Source of the DNA: Simkaniaceae bacterium
Lineage (GTDB): Bacteria > Chlamydiota > Chlamydiia > Chlamydiales > Simkaniaceae
DNA: 64,000 nt
Direction: 5' to 3'
NCBI GenBank assembly: GCA_028281675.1
Contig: JANQJL010000057.1
Coordinates: 2,077-66,076, forward strand
Shown: piece by piece, positions 19,010-28,956 of the stretch
Position numbering within the stretch: position 1 is the stretch's first letter
Layout of the letters: every line of letters starts with the position of its first letter
Notes under the pieces: model-generated
What the model saw: the letters and a program-made list of their open reading frames with translations, nothing else
The model's database searches: none
Told to the model about the DNA's origin: nothing
Position numbers and translations under genes: made by a program

Positions 19010-20137
19010 TTAAGTATTTTGTATTCTACTAAAAACGGCACAATAAAAGCCATCCATCTCTCCATCTTTTGGAAAAGATTGAAACGGTGGAGAGGCAAGC
19101 TTGAGATGATACTTGTTGATAAAGTAAGAAACTTGCCTCTCATTTTCCTCTGGAAAAATGCTACATGTCGCATAGACAATTTTTCCATTTGGATGTAAAA
19201 ATTTCAAAGATTTATCGAAAATTTTTCGTTGCTCTTCGATCAGCCGCTCTAAAGTTTCAGGTTTAAACTTCCATTTCATATCGGGATTGCGGCGGAGTGT
19301 TCCACTTCCAGAACAGGGAACGTCGAGGAGAATCCAATCCATCCGTTTCTCCAACCCTTTTTTCTTAAGTTTTTTTTCATCAAGAAGTTGAGCGTTTTGA
19401 ATCCCTGCCCGTTTCAACCGTTTTTTTGCTTCTACTAGGGCGTGGGGGCGGATATCATAAAGGTAAATTTGTCCTTTATTGCCCATCTCAGGGGCAAAAG
19501 CGAGAGTTTTCCCTCCTGAGCCTGCACAGTAATCGAGAATATGATCATTGGGGGTGGCTCTAACGTGGCTTGCAATAAGTTGACTCCCTTCATCTTGAAT
19601 TTCGAAGAGACCTTCTTTAAATTCAGGTAGGGCAAAGAAATTAATTCTCCTCTGAAAAACAATCCCTAGCTTTGAATGCTTGCAGGGGGAAATACTGTAT
19701 TCTACGTTCCATTTCTTAAGAAGGGCTTCTCTAGTGGTTTTAAGAGGATTAATCCGAACGGTTGTAGGGGCTTGCTTATTAGAATTCATGCAAAGCTCCA
19801 ACGCTTTTTCCTCTCCATAGGCCTTTTTTAAATGGTTAAAGAAAAACTTCGGAAAGCTCACTTGTACATGGGGAGGGTAAGAGGAAACATCTTTGATAGG
19901 AAATTTTAGGTAAGCCTCCAAACGCCTTTCCCAACTGATAGGTTTCAAGCATCTCGCATCGATCAGCCCTTTCCAACGGATCATCCCATAGAGTGTTTCG
20001 CAGATTTCAGCCCGATCCTTTGATCCCACAGCCTTATGTTCACGGAAATAATTCCGCAAAAACGCATCCATAGGAAGGGTCATTTCCTCTGAATCCTTTA
20101 AAATTTTTAATAGGTGGTGCTTTCTAAATAATTTCAT
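19010..20137 (-). CDS. rsmB: rRNA cytosine-C5 methyltransferase, RsmB/Sun family
   Basis: DYCAGSGGKT (SAM), DVPCSGSGTLRRNP and YATCS catalytic Cys motifs. Confidence 0.75.
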   Translation of the reverse strand: MKLFRKHHLLKILKDSEEMTLPMDAFLRNYFREHKAVGSKDRAEICETLYGMIRWKGLIDARCLKPISWERRLEAYLKFPIKDVSSYPPHVQVSFPKFFFNHLKKAYGEEKALELCMNSNKQAPTTVRINPLKTTREALLKKWNVEYSISPCKHSKLGIVFQRRINFFALPEFKEGLFEIQDEGSQLIASHVRATPNDHILDYCAGSGGKTLAFAPEMGNKGQIYLYDIRPHALVEAKKRLKRAGIQNAQLLDEKKLKKKGLEKRMDWILLDVPCSGSGTLRRNPDMKWKFKPETLERLIEEQRKIFDKSLKFLHPNGKIVYATCSIFPEENERQVSYFINKYHLKLASPPFQSFPKDGEMDGFYCAVFSRIQNT

Positions 20138-20193
20138 GAGTCGAATGATATCATATCTGGAAAATAATCGCTTTATCTGAGATCATTAGTCTC

Positions 20194-20637
20194 ATGAACA
20201 AGATTCTACTTATTATCGCTAGAGGTTGTCTTAGCCTCCTTTTCCTTGTAGCAGGCATCGGTAAAATAATGAATTGGCAGGGAGCAGTTGATAGCCTTTC
20301 TCTCACATTTTCTAAGTGGTATATGCATCTAGAGGGGACAGCCATAAGTAGTCATGTTCATGAATTTTTATTTTCGAGTGCACCGACAGTTCTTGGGGTT
20401 GCCGTCTTTCTAGAAATTGTAGGAGCTCTTCTCATCTTCATTGGATTTAAAGTAAAAATTGGGGCCCTTTTTCTCCTCCTATTCTTAGTCCCTGTTACAT
20501 TGATCATGCACCCGTTTTGGTTTGGTGTGGGAGGAGAAATGCGTAGCGAACTTTCGATCTTCTTGAAAAACCTCTCTCTCATTGGCGCCTTCCTTTATCT
20601 ACTCATGGGGCCACAGCCTCAGCGAGTCAAACAGTGA
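20194..20637 (+). CDS. DoxX-family membrane protein
   Basis: 147 aa and 4 TM segments. HPFW and FLKNLSLIGAFLYL are typical of DoxX. Confidence 0.65.
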   Translation: MNKILLIIARGCLSLLFLVAGIGKIMNWQGAVDSLSLTFSKWYMHLEGTAISSHVHEFLFSSAPTVLGVAVFLEIVGALLIFIGFKVKIGALFLLLFLVPVTLIMHPFWFGVGGEMRSELSIFLKNLSLIGAFLYLLMGPQPQRVKQ

Positions 20638-22274
20638 TGATCACAGCAGTTCTTTTTGCCCTTAGTGGAGCGATTGTCGCTTGGGGGCAACCTCATATCA
20701 GCCCCCTCCTTTCAGCTATTGCAAGCGCTATCGGTTTTGCCCTTTTTTGGCTTTCACTTTTTCGGATAGAGGGGAAGAAAAAGCGATATTTCCATGCAGC
20801 AATTTGGTTTTTTCTGGTCCAACTTGTCCAACTCTCTTGGTTTGCTTCTCCCACCTACCAAGGGGTCTATATTTATTTTGTTTATTTCGGGCTTTCCCTA
20901 TGGCTTGGAGCTCAGTTTGGGATATTGCCCCTCTTTCTTCCGAAAAAACCTCCTATTAAGTTTCGGCGTATTTTAGGAATTGCAGCTCTATGGACTTTAA
21001 TGGAGTGGGGGCGTCTTTTTATTGTTTGTGGATTTGCTTGGAACCCCGTTGGTCTTTCGATGACAGGGCTTTCCATCTCAGCGCAGATCGCTTCGGTTGT
21101 TGGAATCTTTGGCCTCTCTTTTATTGTCATGGTGGTGAATTTTCTTGCAGTTAATTTATTTGTCACAAGGAAGAAGAAAGCCCTTTCTGCATATGGAGCT
21201 TTCCTCCTTTTCCCTTACCTTTTTGGGGTTGCACATATTCATTACCATGAGAGTCGAGAGAAGAAAAAAGAGCCCTTTCATGTAGCTCTTGTTCAAACGG
21301 GGCTCCTTCCTGACCAAAAACAACCTTATTCTGGCAAGGAAGAAAGGTGGGTCCACCCTTTTTTTCAATGGCACTTTATTTTGGCCTACATTAAGGAGCA
21401 TAGCTCTAAGAGTCTTGATTTAATTGTTTTGCCAGAATTTGCCCTCCCTTTTAGTTCTCATGCTACCGTTTATCCGTTAACTCAAATGGAGGAGATTTTA
21501 GGAGATGAATTAGGAGACTTAACCCATCTTCTTAAAGAGCCACTAGCGGAAAAGAGAAAAGGAGAGTGGTTTGTTAGCAATGCACTCCTTGTTCAAGCCC
21601 TTGCAAACCGGTATGGAGCAGAGGTGGTCATCGGTCTCGATGCAGAAGAAGGAAATAAAAGCTTCAATGCAGCATTTCACTTTATTCCGGAGGGAAAAAA
21701 GGTCATGCGGTATGAAAAAAGGGTCCTCCTTCCCTTAGCAGAATATCTCCCGTTCTCCTTTTTAAAACCTCTTGTCGCACGTTATGGGATCTCAACCTTC
21801 TTTAGTTTCGGAAAAGAGGCAAAGGTTACCGATGGAAAACATCCGATGAGCCTTTCGGTTTGTTATGAAGAATGTTTCCCTCACATCATGAGAGATGGTC
21901 GGCAGAAAGGGGCGAAACTTTTTGTGAATGTGACCAATGATGGATGGTACCCCTATTCCCGCCTTCCCGAAGAGCATTTTGTCCATGGAAGAGTGCGAGC
22001 GATTGAAAATGGTGTTCCCTTACTTCGGGCATGCAATACAGGAGTTACAGCAGGTGTTGATAGCTTAGGAAGGACGATTGCAAGATTTGAAAATGACGAA
22101 GGAAGATTTGAATTAGAGCGGGGCGCTTTATATGTTCCACTCGATCTTTATTCATTTCCGACCCTTTATACTTTTTGGGGAGATGCTCTTATCTTAATTC
22201 TATCCCTAGGGTTCTTAGGATTTTTACAAGTGAGAAAAGAGAATCCCCTTGCTGAAAAACGTTCATTGACTTAA
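20634..22274 (+). CDS. lnt: apolipoprotein N-acyltransferase
   Basis: Polytopic N-terminal half plus a CN-hydrolase domain (LIVLPEFALPF, SVCYEECFP). Confidence 0.85.
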   Translation: MMITAVLFALSGAIVAWGQPHISPLLSAIASAIGFALFWLSLFRIEGKKKRYFHAAIWFFLVQLVQLSWFASPTYQGVYIYFVYFGLSLWLGAQFGILPLFLPKKPPIKFRRILGIAALWTLMEWGRLFIVCGFAWNPVGLSMTGLSISAQIASVVGIFGLSFIVMVVNFLAVNLFVTRKKKALSAYGAFLLFPYLFGVAHIHYHESREKKKEPFHVALVQTGLLPDQKQPYSGKEERWVHPFFQWHFILAYIKEHSSKSLDLIVLPEFALPFSSHATVYPLTQMEEILGDELGDLTHLLKEPLAEKRKGEWFVSNALLVQALANRYGAEVVIGLDAEEGNKSFNAAFHFIPEGKKVMRYEKRVLLPLAEYLPFSFLKPLVARYGISTFFSFGKEAKVTDGKHPMSLSVCYEECFPHIMRDGRQKGAKLFVNVTNDGWYPYSRLPEEHFVHGRVRAIENGVPLLRACNTGVTAGVDSLGRTIARFENDEGRFELERGALYVPLDLYSFPTLYTFWGDALILILSLGFLGFLQVRKENPLAEKRSLT

Positions 22275-22328
22275 GCTGAGGGGAAACACTTTATCTCTAT
22301 ACCATCAACCATTTAAATTGGACTTTAC

Positions 22329-23216
22329 ATGTCTCCAAGCGACAAATTTTCCACATCAAGAAAACATCAGAGATCACTTAAAAAAGCAGTTTCACTATCT
22401 GGAACAGGCCTTTTTACAGGAATGAAATCAGAAATCAAACTACGACCAGCTCCAGAAGGATCAGGAATTGTTTTTCAAAGAATGGATCTTCCAGATAAGC
22501 CGAAACTTCCCGCACTTGCTGAATATGTTCAAGAAACGCCACGTTGTACCATTTTGGGATCGGGAGAAGTTCATGTTCAAACCGTTGAACATATTCTCTC
22601 TGCTATTAAGGCCTATGATATCGATAACCTTCTCATTGAAATTGAAGGGCCTGAAATCCCTAGCTGTGATGGAAGCTCGATGCCCTTTGTTGAGCTGATT
22701 GAAAGTGGAGTCGTTACAACTCAAAGTCAAACAAAGAAAATCCACCATTTAGAAGCGCCAATCTTTTGGTCTAAAGGGGATGTTCATTTAGTTGCTCTCC
22801 CATCAGAAGAGTTCAGGATTAGCTATACCCTTAACTATCCCAATAGTGATCTTTTAAAGTCACAATTTTATACCGTTCATGTTGACGAAGAAATTTATAA
22901 AAGAGAAATTGCCCCTGCCCGAACGTTCTCTCTTTATGAAGAGGTCGTCCCTCTCATTGAGAAAGGAAATATCAAAGGAGGACGCCTTGATAACGCTGTC
23001 ATTATTAAAGGAGATACGATTCTTAATCCTGAAGGGGTCCGTTACAAAGATGAGATGGTACGTCACAAAATTCTAGATTTAATTGGAGACCTTTGTCTTG
23101 TTGGACATTCTTTTATTACTCATGTGATTGCAATCCGCTCTGGACACTTCTCAAACACTTCATTTGCTAAAGAGCTTGTCAGTAACTTTACGATGGAGAC
23201 AGCCAATGTCAGCTGA
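22329..23216 (+). CDS. lpxC: UDP-3-O-acyl-N-acetylglucosamine deacetylase
   Basis: HVQTVEHILSA, HKILDLIGDL and SGHFSN motifs. Confidence 0.92.
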   Translation: MSPSDKFSTSRKHQRSLKKAVSLSGTGLFTGMKSEIKLRPAPEGSGIVFQRMDLPDKPKLPALAEYVQETPRCTILGSGEVHVQTVEHILSAIKAYDIDNLLIEIEGPEIPSCDGSSMPFVELIESGVVTTQSQTKKIHHLEAPIFWSKGDVHLVALPSEEFRISYTLNYPNSDLLKSQFYTVHVDEEIYKREIAPARTFSLYEEVVPLIEKGNIKGGRLDNAVIIKGDTILNPEGVRYKDEMVRHKILDLIGDLCLVGHSFITHVIAIRSGHFSNTSFAKELVSNFTMETANVS

Positions 23217-23673
23217 GGATTCTCCGAGGGAAACTATCCTAAATACTAAGCAGATTCGAGATATTCTTCCTCATCGTTACCCATTACTATTAGTGGACCG
23301 GGTGATCGAACTTGATTTAGAAAACAACAATATTGTTGCGACTAAATGTGTGACGATCAATGAGGAATTTTTCCAGGGCCATTTTCCACAGGCTCCTATT
23401 ATGCCTGGCGTTCTTATTTTAGAGGCGTTGGCCCAAACAGGGGGGATTTTAATCCATCAAAAAGGATTCGTTGAAAAAACCGCCGTTCTATTAAGTATAA
23501 ATAATGTGAAGTTTCGCCGTCCTGCTCTTCCTGGTGATGTCATCACCATGTACGTGCATGGAGCACATCTTAGCTCTAAAGGGGGGAAAGTCCAAGCAAA
23601 GGCAATGATTGATGGTGAGCTCGCTGCAGAAGCGCTCATCGGTTTTGCTCTTAGAGGGTTTGAACAGATTTAG
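23206..23673 (+). CDS. fabZ: 3-hydroxyacyl-ACP dehydratase
   Basis: [14 protein letters not shown] and [23 protein letters not shown]. Start set to ATG 23206; the tracked 23128 start lies inside lpxC. Confidence 0.92.
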   Translation: MSAEDSPRETILNTKQIRDILPHRYPLLLVDRVIELDLENNNIVATKCVTINEEFFQGHFPQAPIMPGVLILEALAQTGGILIHQKGFVEKTAVLLSINNVKFRRPALPGDVITMYVHGAHLSSKGGKVQAKAMIDGELAAEALIGFALRGFEQI

Positions 23674-23678
23674 GAAGA

Positions 23679-24515
23679 ATGCTGATGTCTAATATCCATC
23701 CCACAGCCATTATCGAAGAGGGGGCTAAGCTCGGAAAAGATGTTAACATTGAGCCTTATGTCATTATTAAAAAAAACGTTACACTTGGCAATAATGTCAC
23801 CATTAAATCTCACGCTTATATCGATGGTCATACCACTATTGGTGATGGGACCGTTATTTACCCTTCGGCAAGTATTGGGACAAAAACCCAAGCAAAGAAT
23901 TTTCGTGGGGAAATTACCTATGTTAAAATTGGGAAGAATTGTGAAATCCGAGAGTTTGTGACAATCAATTCATCTTGCGGCGAAGAATCAACTGTTGAAG
24001 TTGGTGATCATTGTTTGATTATGGCCTATTGTCATATCGCCCATCATTGCAAGGTAGGCAATCATGTCATTATGGCTAACGGGGCCATGCTTGCAGGTCA
24101 TGTAGAGATAGAAGACTATGCTAATATTGGAGGGATGACACCGATTCATCAATACGTTCGGGTTGGTGCCTATGCAATGGTTGGAGGGCTCAGTCGCATT
24201 ACCAACGATATCCCTCCCTATACCTTAGGCGCAGGAATTCCCTATCGGGTTGCAGGACTCAATCTAATTGGCCTTAAAAGACATAACTTTTCTCTAGACC
24301 TTCGAAAAGCTCTCACAAAAGCTTTCAAACTCACCTACCGCTCAGGGATTCAATTTAGCGATGCAGTAGAGCGAGTGGATGGAGAAATTGAAAAAAGTCC
24401 AGCGATCAATCACTGGATTGACTTTTGCAAAAAATCCAAGCGAGGACTCATTGGACTCCAACCTATTGGTGCAGCCGATGAATTTCCCGACATTAACGAC
24501 CTCCTTGAAGAATGA
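23679..24515 (+). CDS. lpxA: acyl-ACP--UDP-N-acetylglucosamine O-acyltransferase
   Basis: Left-handed beta-helix hexapeptide repeats (IHPTAIIEEGAKLG...). GGMTPIHQYVRVG. C-terminal helical domain. Confidence 0.92.
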   Translation: MLMSNIHPTAIIEEGAKLGKDVNIEPYVIIKKNVTLGNNVTIKSHAYIDGHTTIGDGTVIYPSASIGTKTQAKNFRGEITYVKIGKNCEIREFVTINSSCGEESTVEVGDHCLIMAYCHIAHHCKVGNHVIMANGAMLAGHVEIEDYANIGGMTPIHQYVRVGAYAMVGGLSRITNDIPPYTLGAGIPYRVAGLNLIGLKRHNFSLDLRKALTKAFKLTYRSGIQFSDAVERVDGEIEKSPAINHWIDFCKKSKRGLIGLQPIGAADEFPDINDLLEE

Positions 24516-24662
24516 ACCTAACCTCCACTAAAGATAATTTTTTATTTCACACTTTTTGGTATTTTGAACCCTTGTCATCTAGACAATGTGATCAAAATAA
24601 AAAGAAAAAATCTCCCCAAAAACTGAAGGAATTCAATCAATCCTTTAATGCAGGATAGGTTC

Positions 24663-25601
24663 ATGAAGATCATTTACTTTGGAACCCCCCCCTTTGCAGC
24701 TGAAGTTCTAAAAAGCTTAATCGGAAATGGGGTCGAAGTCCTTGCCATTGTCACCAAGCCTGACAGACCAAAAGGGCGGAGTGGCAAACCTGCCTTTTCT
24801 GCTGTCAAAGAATTTGCTACAAAAAACTGCCCAGATATTCCCCTTTATCAACCTGACAAAGCATCGACTCTAGCCTTTGAGGAGGAGCTCCGTCGCTATG
24901 GGGCCGACCTTTTTGTCGTTGTTGCTTATGGAGAGATCATGAAACAACGCCTCCTTGATCTTCCAAAAGAAGGATCTATCAACCTTCATGCCTCCCTCCT
25001 TCCCAAATATCGTGGGGCCGCCCCCATTCAATTTGCCCTTTTTGATGGAGCAAAAGAAACAGGGGTTACCATTATCAGAATGGTTTTAAAAATGGATGCG
25101 GGAGATATGCTCGCTCAAGAAAAGATTTCCATTCCGAAGGAGATGAACTGCGCAGAGCTCGAAGAAAAGCTATGCATCCTTGGAGGTAAAACGCTTCTTC
25201 GTGTCATTCGAAAATTTTCTCACCATGACTCCCAGAAAAAGCCTCAAGATCCGAAAGAGGCAACCTATGTTCAAAAAATTGATTCCTCCATGGCTGAAAT
25301 TGACTGGAACCAAGATGCCGAAGATATTCATAACCAAATCCGAGCCTTTAGCCCTCGTCCCGGTGCTTGGACGAAAGTGGAAGTAGGTGGCCATTTAAAA
25401 AGGTTAAAAATTTTTAAAAGTGCAGTCGTTCAAGAAAATGGCACAGCCGGATCGACCCTTTCCTTTTCCAAAAGTAATTGGATTATTGGCTGCAGAAATG
25501 GGGGACTTTCCCTTTTAAAGGTTCAGCTTGAGGGAAAGAAAAGACTTCCTATCGATGAGTTTGTATTGGCTTTTTCTAGCCCACCCAAATTAAAATATTA
25601 A
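24663..25601 (+). CDS. fmt: methionyl-tRNA formyltransferase
   Basis: MKIIYFGTPPFA and SINLHASLLPKYRGAAPIQ. An ATG at 24648 is also possible. Confidence 0.92.
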   Translation: MKIIYFGTPPFAAEVLKSLIGNGVEVLAIVTKPDRPKGRSGKPAFSAVKEFATKNCPDIPLYQPDKASTLAFEEELRRYGADLFVVVAYGEIMKQRLLDLPKEGSINLHASLLPKYRGAAPIQFALFDGAKETGVTIIRMVLKMDAGDMLAQEKISIPKEMNCAELEEKLCILGGKTLLRVIRKFSHHDSQKKPQDPKEATYVQKIDSSMAEIDWNQDAEDIHNQIRAFSPRPGAWTKVEVGGHLKRLKIFKSAVVQENGTAGSTLSFSKSNWIIGCRNGGLSLLKVQLEGKKRLPIDEFVLAFSSPPKLKY

Positions 25602-25678
25602 TTTAGCTTGTACAATTTATTCGTCTTCACCTATAATCCCTCCTCTTTGCAAATCATTTAATTGAGGGTAACAAAGTT

Positions 25679-26572
25679 ATGACCGGAAAACCGTCTCAAG
25701 TCTCTATCCCAAGAGCAACCTATCACTATTTCACAGATATGCAAAATTTTCTTCTAGCTACAGGAACTGCATGTTTCCTTGGAAAGCATTTAGTTCATTT
25801 AGCTCGGTATCTAGGAAAAGATGTCGGTGATTTCCCATCGCTACGGAAAATTAGCAACGCTACAGACAACTACTTTGCTTTTTATGACCTAGCTTCTGCA
25901 GCGAAGTCTTTCTACTCGACCTGCTCGGTCCTCTCAGGTGGAGTTCAAGTATTAAGGGGAGTTAAAACTCTTGATGGGCTTCGAGCTGACAGAAAGGGAG
26001 ATGCGCCACGAGCTGATAACTCCTATATCGGTGTAAAGACTTGGATGACGTATAAGACCATTTCATCGCTCTTTAAGGCTGTTTCATCTCTATTATTAGT
26101 TCACCAAACTCTCAAACACATTGGTTCCTTTAGTAAAAGCTATAGCCCAAAAATTCGCGCTATAGGTGGAGGGCTTGGCGCTGCTGGGGCTGCCATAAGT
26201 ATTCTTGATATTCAACGGGCTCATATGGCACATGTGAAAGATGTTGCTGCTGGTGCATGTCCTTCTGATGCGATGGTAAAAAATCCTTCTGGAGATGATT
26301 TCGAGACATATCGAACGATGACCCAAGCGGCACGAAGATATGATCAGGTATTCCTTGGGTTAGTCATTTTTGTAAAACTCACAGGAGTGGCAAGAGCACT
26401 TAACATGGTAGAAAATCGAGGGCTTATTGGACGTGCTTCTCGATTTGTTATTAATCATTCTGACAACTGGTATGGAGCCCTCTTCGCAGCAATGACTGCG
26501 ACAGGACTTATTAAGCACGCTCTTTATGGAGCGACCATCCAGCAATTAGAAAAGCGTGATGTGAATAAATAG
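25679..26572 (+). CDS. lineage-specific hypothetical (membrane-associated?) protein
   Basis: 297-aa ORF with Gly/Ala-rich hydrophobic stretches (IGGGLGAAGAAISIL; VFLGLVIFVKLTGVA). No motif recognised. Confidence 0.6.
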   Translation: MTGKPSQVSIPRATYHYFTDMQNFLLATGTACFLGKHLVHLARYLGKDVGDFPSLRKISNATDNYFAFYDLASAAKSFYSTCSVLSGGVQVLRGVKTLDGLRADRKGDAPRADNSYIGVKTWMTYKTISSLFKAVSSLLLVHQTLKHIGSFSKSYSPKIRAIGGGLGAAGAAISILDIQRAHMAHVKDVAAGACPSDAMVKNPSGDDFETYRTMTQAARRYDQVFLGLVIFVKLTGVARALNMVENRGLIGRASRFVINHSDNWYGALFAAMTATGLIKHALYGATIQQLEKRDVNK

Positions 26573-26590
26573 GGAAAGGGAGATAAAGAA

Positions 26591-27292
26591 ATGGAACGTG
26601 CAACAAACTATGTAATGACTCAATTACTCACATCTCGAGAGTGGTTTCGTCTTGTTAACGGAGTGGTTAATGTGCTTCAAGATTGTGAAGTTGAGAAACT
26701 TTTTGGAGTAGCAGTTGGTCCTATTGGACAACTAGCAAAAGGACTTGATGGGGCGTATTATGGCAAGAAAGCACTAGAAGATTGGGATGCTGTTTGTATT
26801 TCTACTAGAAACTACGTGAAAGGGGAGTCCAATGCGTCGATCACCGCCATTTTCAATGTCAGTGTAAAATGTATTGGAGATAGCCTTGCAACCCTTAATT
26901 GGGTTGGAGCTGTTGGTGGCATTATCATCCTTGCTCATCGTGCAAAGACCTTTAAGCATGTGAAAAGTGTTTGCTCGGTTTACTCCGCAGTGATTAGTAT
27001 CTATACCAATGGAAAGGCCTTCTCAACGGGGTATCATGCCGATACAAGCACAATGAATGACAATCAACGCCAAGAGCGTCGAAAACAGATGATCATTGCT
27101 ACCGCTGGGGTGATAACTGGTATTTGTTCTATGTGGCTTAATGGAATGGGTGGCTTAGACTCTTGGGTAGGTGGCGGTCCTGCATTTGCAAAAAAAGGGC
27201 TAAAACGCCTCCAGCCCTGGACCTTTCATACAGTGGGTGTTCTTGGCAGCGTAGTTCAAATTTCAAGACAAATAGCTGCACCCGCAGCTTAA
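26591..27292 (+). CDS. lineage-specific hypothetical (membrane-associated?) protein
   Basis: 233-aa ORF with hydrophobic stretches (WVGAVGGIIILA; IIATAGVITGICSMWL). Followed by a strong terminator. Confidence 0.6.
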   Translation: MERATNYVMTQLLTSREWFRLVNGVVNVLQDCEVEKLFGVAVGPIGQLAKGLDGAYYGKKALEDWDAVCISTRNYVKGESNASITAIFNVSVKCIGDSLATLNWVGAVGGIIILAHRAKTFKHVKSVCSVYSAVISIYTNGKAFSTGYHADTSTMNDNQRQERRKQMIIATAGVITGICSMWLNGMGGLDSWVGGGPAFAKKGLKRLQPWTFHTVGVLGSVVQISRQIAAPAA

Positions 27293-27298
27293 TGTTAA

Positions 27299-27332
27299 AG
27301 CCCCTTACAAAAAGTAAGGGGCTTTTTTTTTT
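27299..27332 (+). terminator. Rho-independent terminator
   Basis: AGCCCCTTA-CAAAAAG-TAAGGGGCT perfect 9-bp stem followed by a T9 run. Confidence 0.8.
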
Positions 27333-27356
27333 GACCTTTAACTCAAGAAATTTATA

Positions 27357-28016
27357 ATGCATTCATTAGTCTATCGTCCATCGCTGCGAGGGACCCTTTT
27401 TGAGCAAACATATCTCTCAACGTCTCATTATCCTGAAAAATGGGAGGCAGAAGAGGGGATCTCTCTCTCAATCCTCTTTGATACCATTATTGGCCTTATG
27501 CGCCTACCCCACCTTTATAAAGAAGGAGAGAGGATCTATCAAATGGCTCAGAGAAGAGACAATAGAGAGATGCTTCGCTACGAAACGCTCGCTCTGATAG
27601 CCAATGGAGCTGAAATTCTCATTTGGTGCGCTGAAAGAAATTTCATAGCTTTGACCCCAGGATACAGTAAAGCGCTTCAAAGAATTTGTTATATCAGCCG
27701 GATGATTCTCTACGAAGAGGTTGTTTTTAAAGAAGGAAGGGCTCTTAGTTTAATGTGGAGAGAGGGAGGAGGGCAAAAGAAAGAATGTCGTCAACTTAAG
27801 ATGGAGCTGATTTCTCACACCACCTATTTGGGTTGGGTAGCTCTTAGCCTTATTATCCACTTAACTGGAATGCCCTATCCCAGGCGGTTTATGAAGCTTT
27901 TACATCTTGTAAGTTTTTACTTTGGCCTCATTGCCTCTGGATATAATGAGTTGGACGAAGCGCGGTATAAAAAAATTATAGAGTTACTTCCAAAGGAGAG
28001 TATCTATTGCTCTTAA
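27357..28016 (+). CDS. hypothetical membrane protein
   Basis: 219-aa ORF with hydrophobic segments (TTYLGWVALSLIIHLTG; LVSFYFGLIASGY). No motif recognised. Confidence 0.55.
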   Translation: MHSLVYRPSLRGTLFEQTYLSTSHYPEKWEAEEGISLSILFDTIIGLMRLPHLYKEGERIYQMAQRRDNREMLRYETLALIANGAEILIWCAERNFIALTPGYSKALQRICYISRMILYEEVVFKEGRALSLMWREGGGQKKECRQLKMELISHTTYLGWVALSLIIHLTGMPYPRRFMKLLHLVSFYFGLIASGYNELDEARYKKIIELLPKESIYCS

Positions 28017-28138
28017 CTAGAGAGTGGGTAGCCTTGGCCCTATTTTTTTCCATCCTTGCATCTCTAGTGGCAATTGCTTGGATATCCCAGGAAAGGATCG
28101 ACCCAGAGATTGAAAGTAAAGTTTTCAGTGAGTGGTAA
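28007..28138 (+). CDS. candidate 43-aa single-TM peptide (below the ORF-track cutoff)
   Basis: AAGGAG followed 8 nt later by TTG. Reads (M)LLTREWVALALFFSILASLVAIAWISQERIDPEIESKVFSEW, giving one clear TM helix. Only a TTG start is available. Confidence 0.25.
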   Translation: MLLTREWVALALFFSILASLVAIAWISQERIDPEIESKVFSEW

Positions 28139-28290
28139 AAATCTCTTCCAGAAATTTTCATTGTACAAAATATCGCATCTTTGATAACCTTTTTGCTTTA
28201 GCCATAAATAGCGTGGTATCAATTTTGATGACTCCGCTATTGCTTAAATAGTGTTAAATAACCGAAAGCATCGTTCGAAAAGGAAAGGAT

Positions 28291-28944
28291 ATGTCACTAA
28301 AGCTGATGGGAAAGAAGAAAGGGATGACCCGCGTCTTCGACGAAACAGGAAACCTGATCGTCTGCACGGTGATTGCTGCAGAGCCTAATATCATCATCCA
28401 AGTGAAAAACAAGGAAAAAGATGGTTATCAAGCGGTTCAGCTTGGAGCAATCAAAGTTCCAGAAAGCAAGAAGAAAAAAGTATCTAAACCCCTAATCGGC
28501 CACTTTGCCAGAGCAAAAGTAGAGCCAAGGCGCCATCTACTAGAATCTCGTATTGAAAACCCCGAAGAGTTCCAGCTTGGGCAAGAGATTGGAATTGATT
28601 ACTTCGCTGATGCAGAGTTTGTTGACGTTTGTGGAACTTCCAAAGGTAAGGGGTTTCAAGGGGTCATTAAGCGCCATAACTTTTCTGGTGGACCAGGATC
28701 ACATGGATCGGGGTTTCACAGAACTGCGGGATCGACAGGGATGCGTAGTACACCGGGTCGCAGCTTGCCAGGAGTCAAAAAAGCTGGGCAGATGGGGTCT
28801 CAAAAGGTGACTGTAGAAAACCTGAAGGTAATTAGTGTTGATGCTGAAAAACAAGTTATTTTAGTCAAAGGGGCTGTTCCGGGAGCAAAGGACAGTCTTC
28901 TTTATATTCGGAAATCGGTAAAGAAAACACCTTCAAAAAAATAG
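28291..28944 (+). CDS. rplC: 50S ribosomal protein L3
   Basis: MGKKKGMTRVFDE... and FQGVIKRHNFSGGPGSHG. Confidence 0.97.
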   Translation: MSLKLMGKKKGMTRVFDETGNLIVCTVIAAEPNIIIQVKNKEKDGYQAVQLGAIKVPESKKKKVSKPLIGHFARAKVEPRRHLLESRIENPEEFQLGQEIGIDYFADAEFVDVCGTSKGKGFQGVIKRHNFSGGPGSHGSGFHRTAGSTGMRSTPGRSLPGVKKAGQMGSQKVTVENLKVISVDAEKQVILVKGAVPGAKDSLLYIRKSVKKTPSKK

Positions 28945-28956
28945 GAAATAGCCGCG

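Noticed and set aside
24572-24586. Palindrome TTGTC-ATCTA-GACAA upstream of fmt
   Set aside because: 5-bp arms are expected by chance in AT-rich intergenic DNA.
28017-28290. Apparent absence of rpsJ before rplC, and of rpsN, rpmD, adk, map, infA and rpmJ within the ribosomal cluster
   Set aside because: This is not a deletion or an anomaly. The reduced layout matches what I recall for Chlamydiae, where rpsJ sits with fusA elsewhere.
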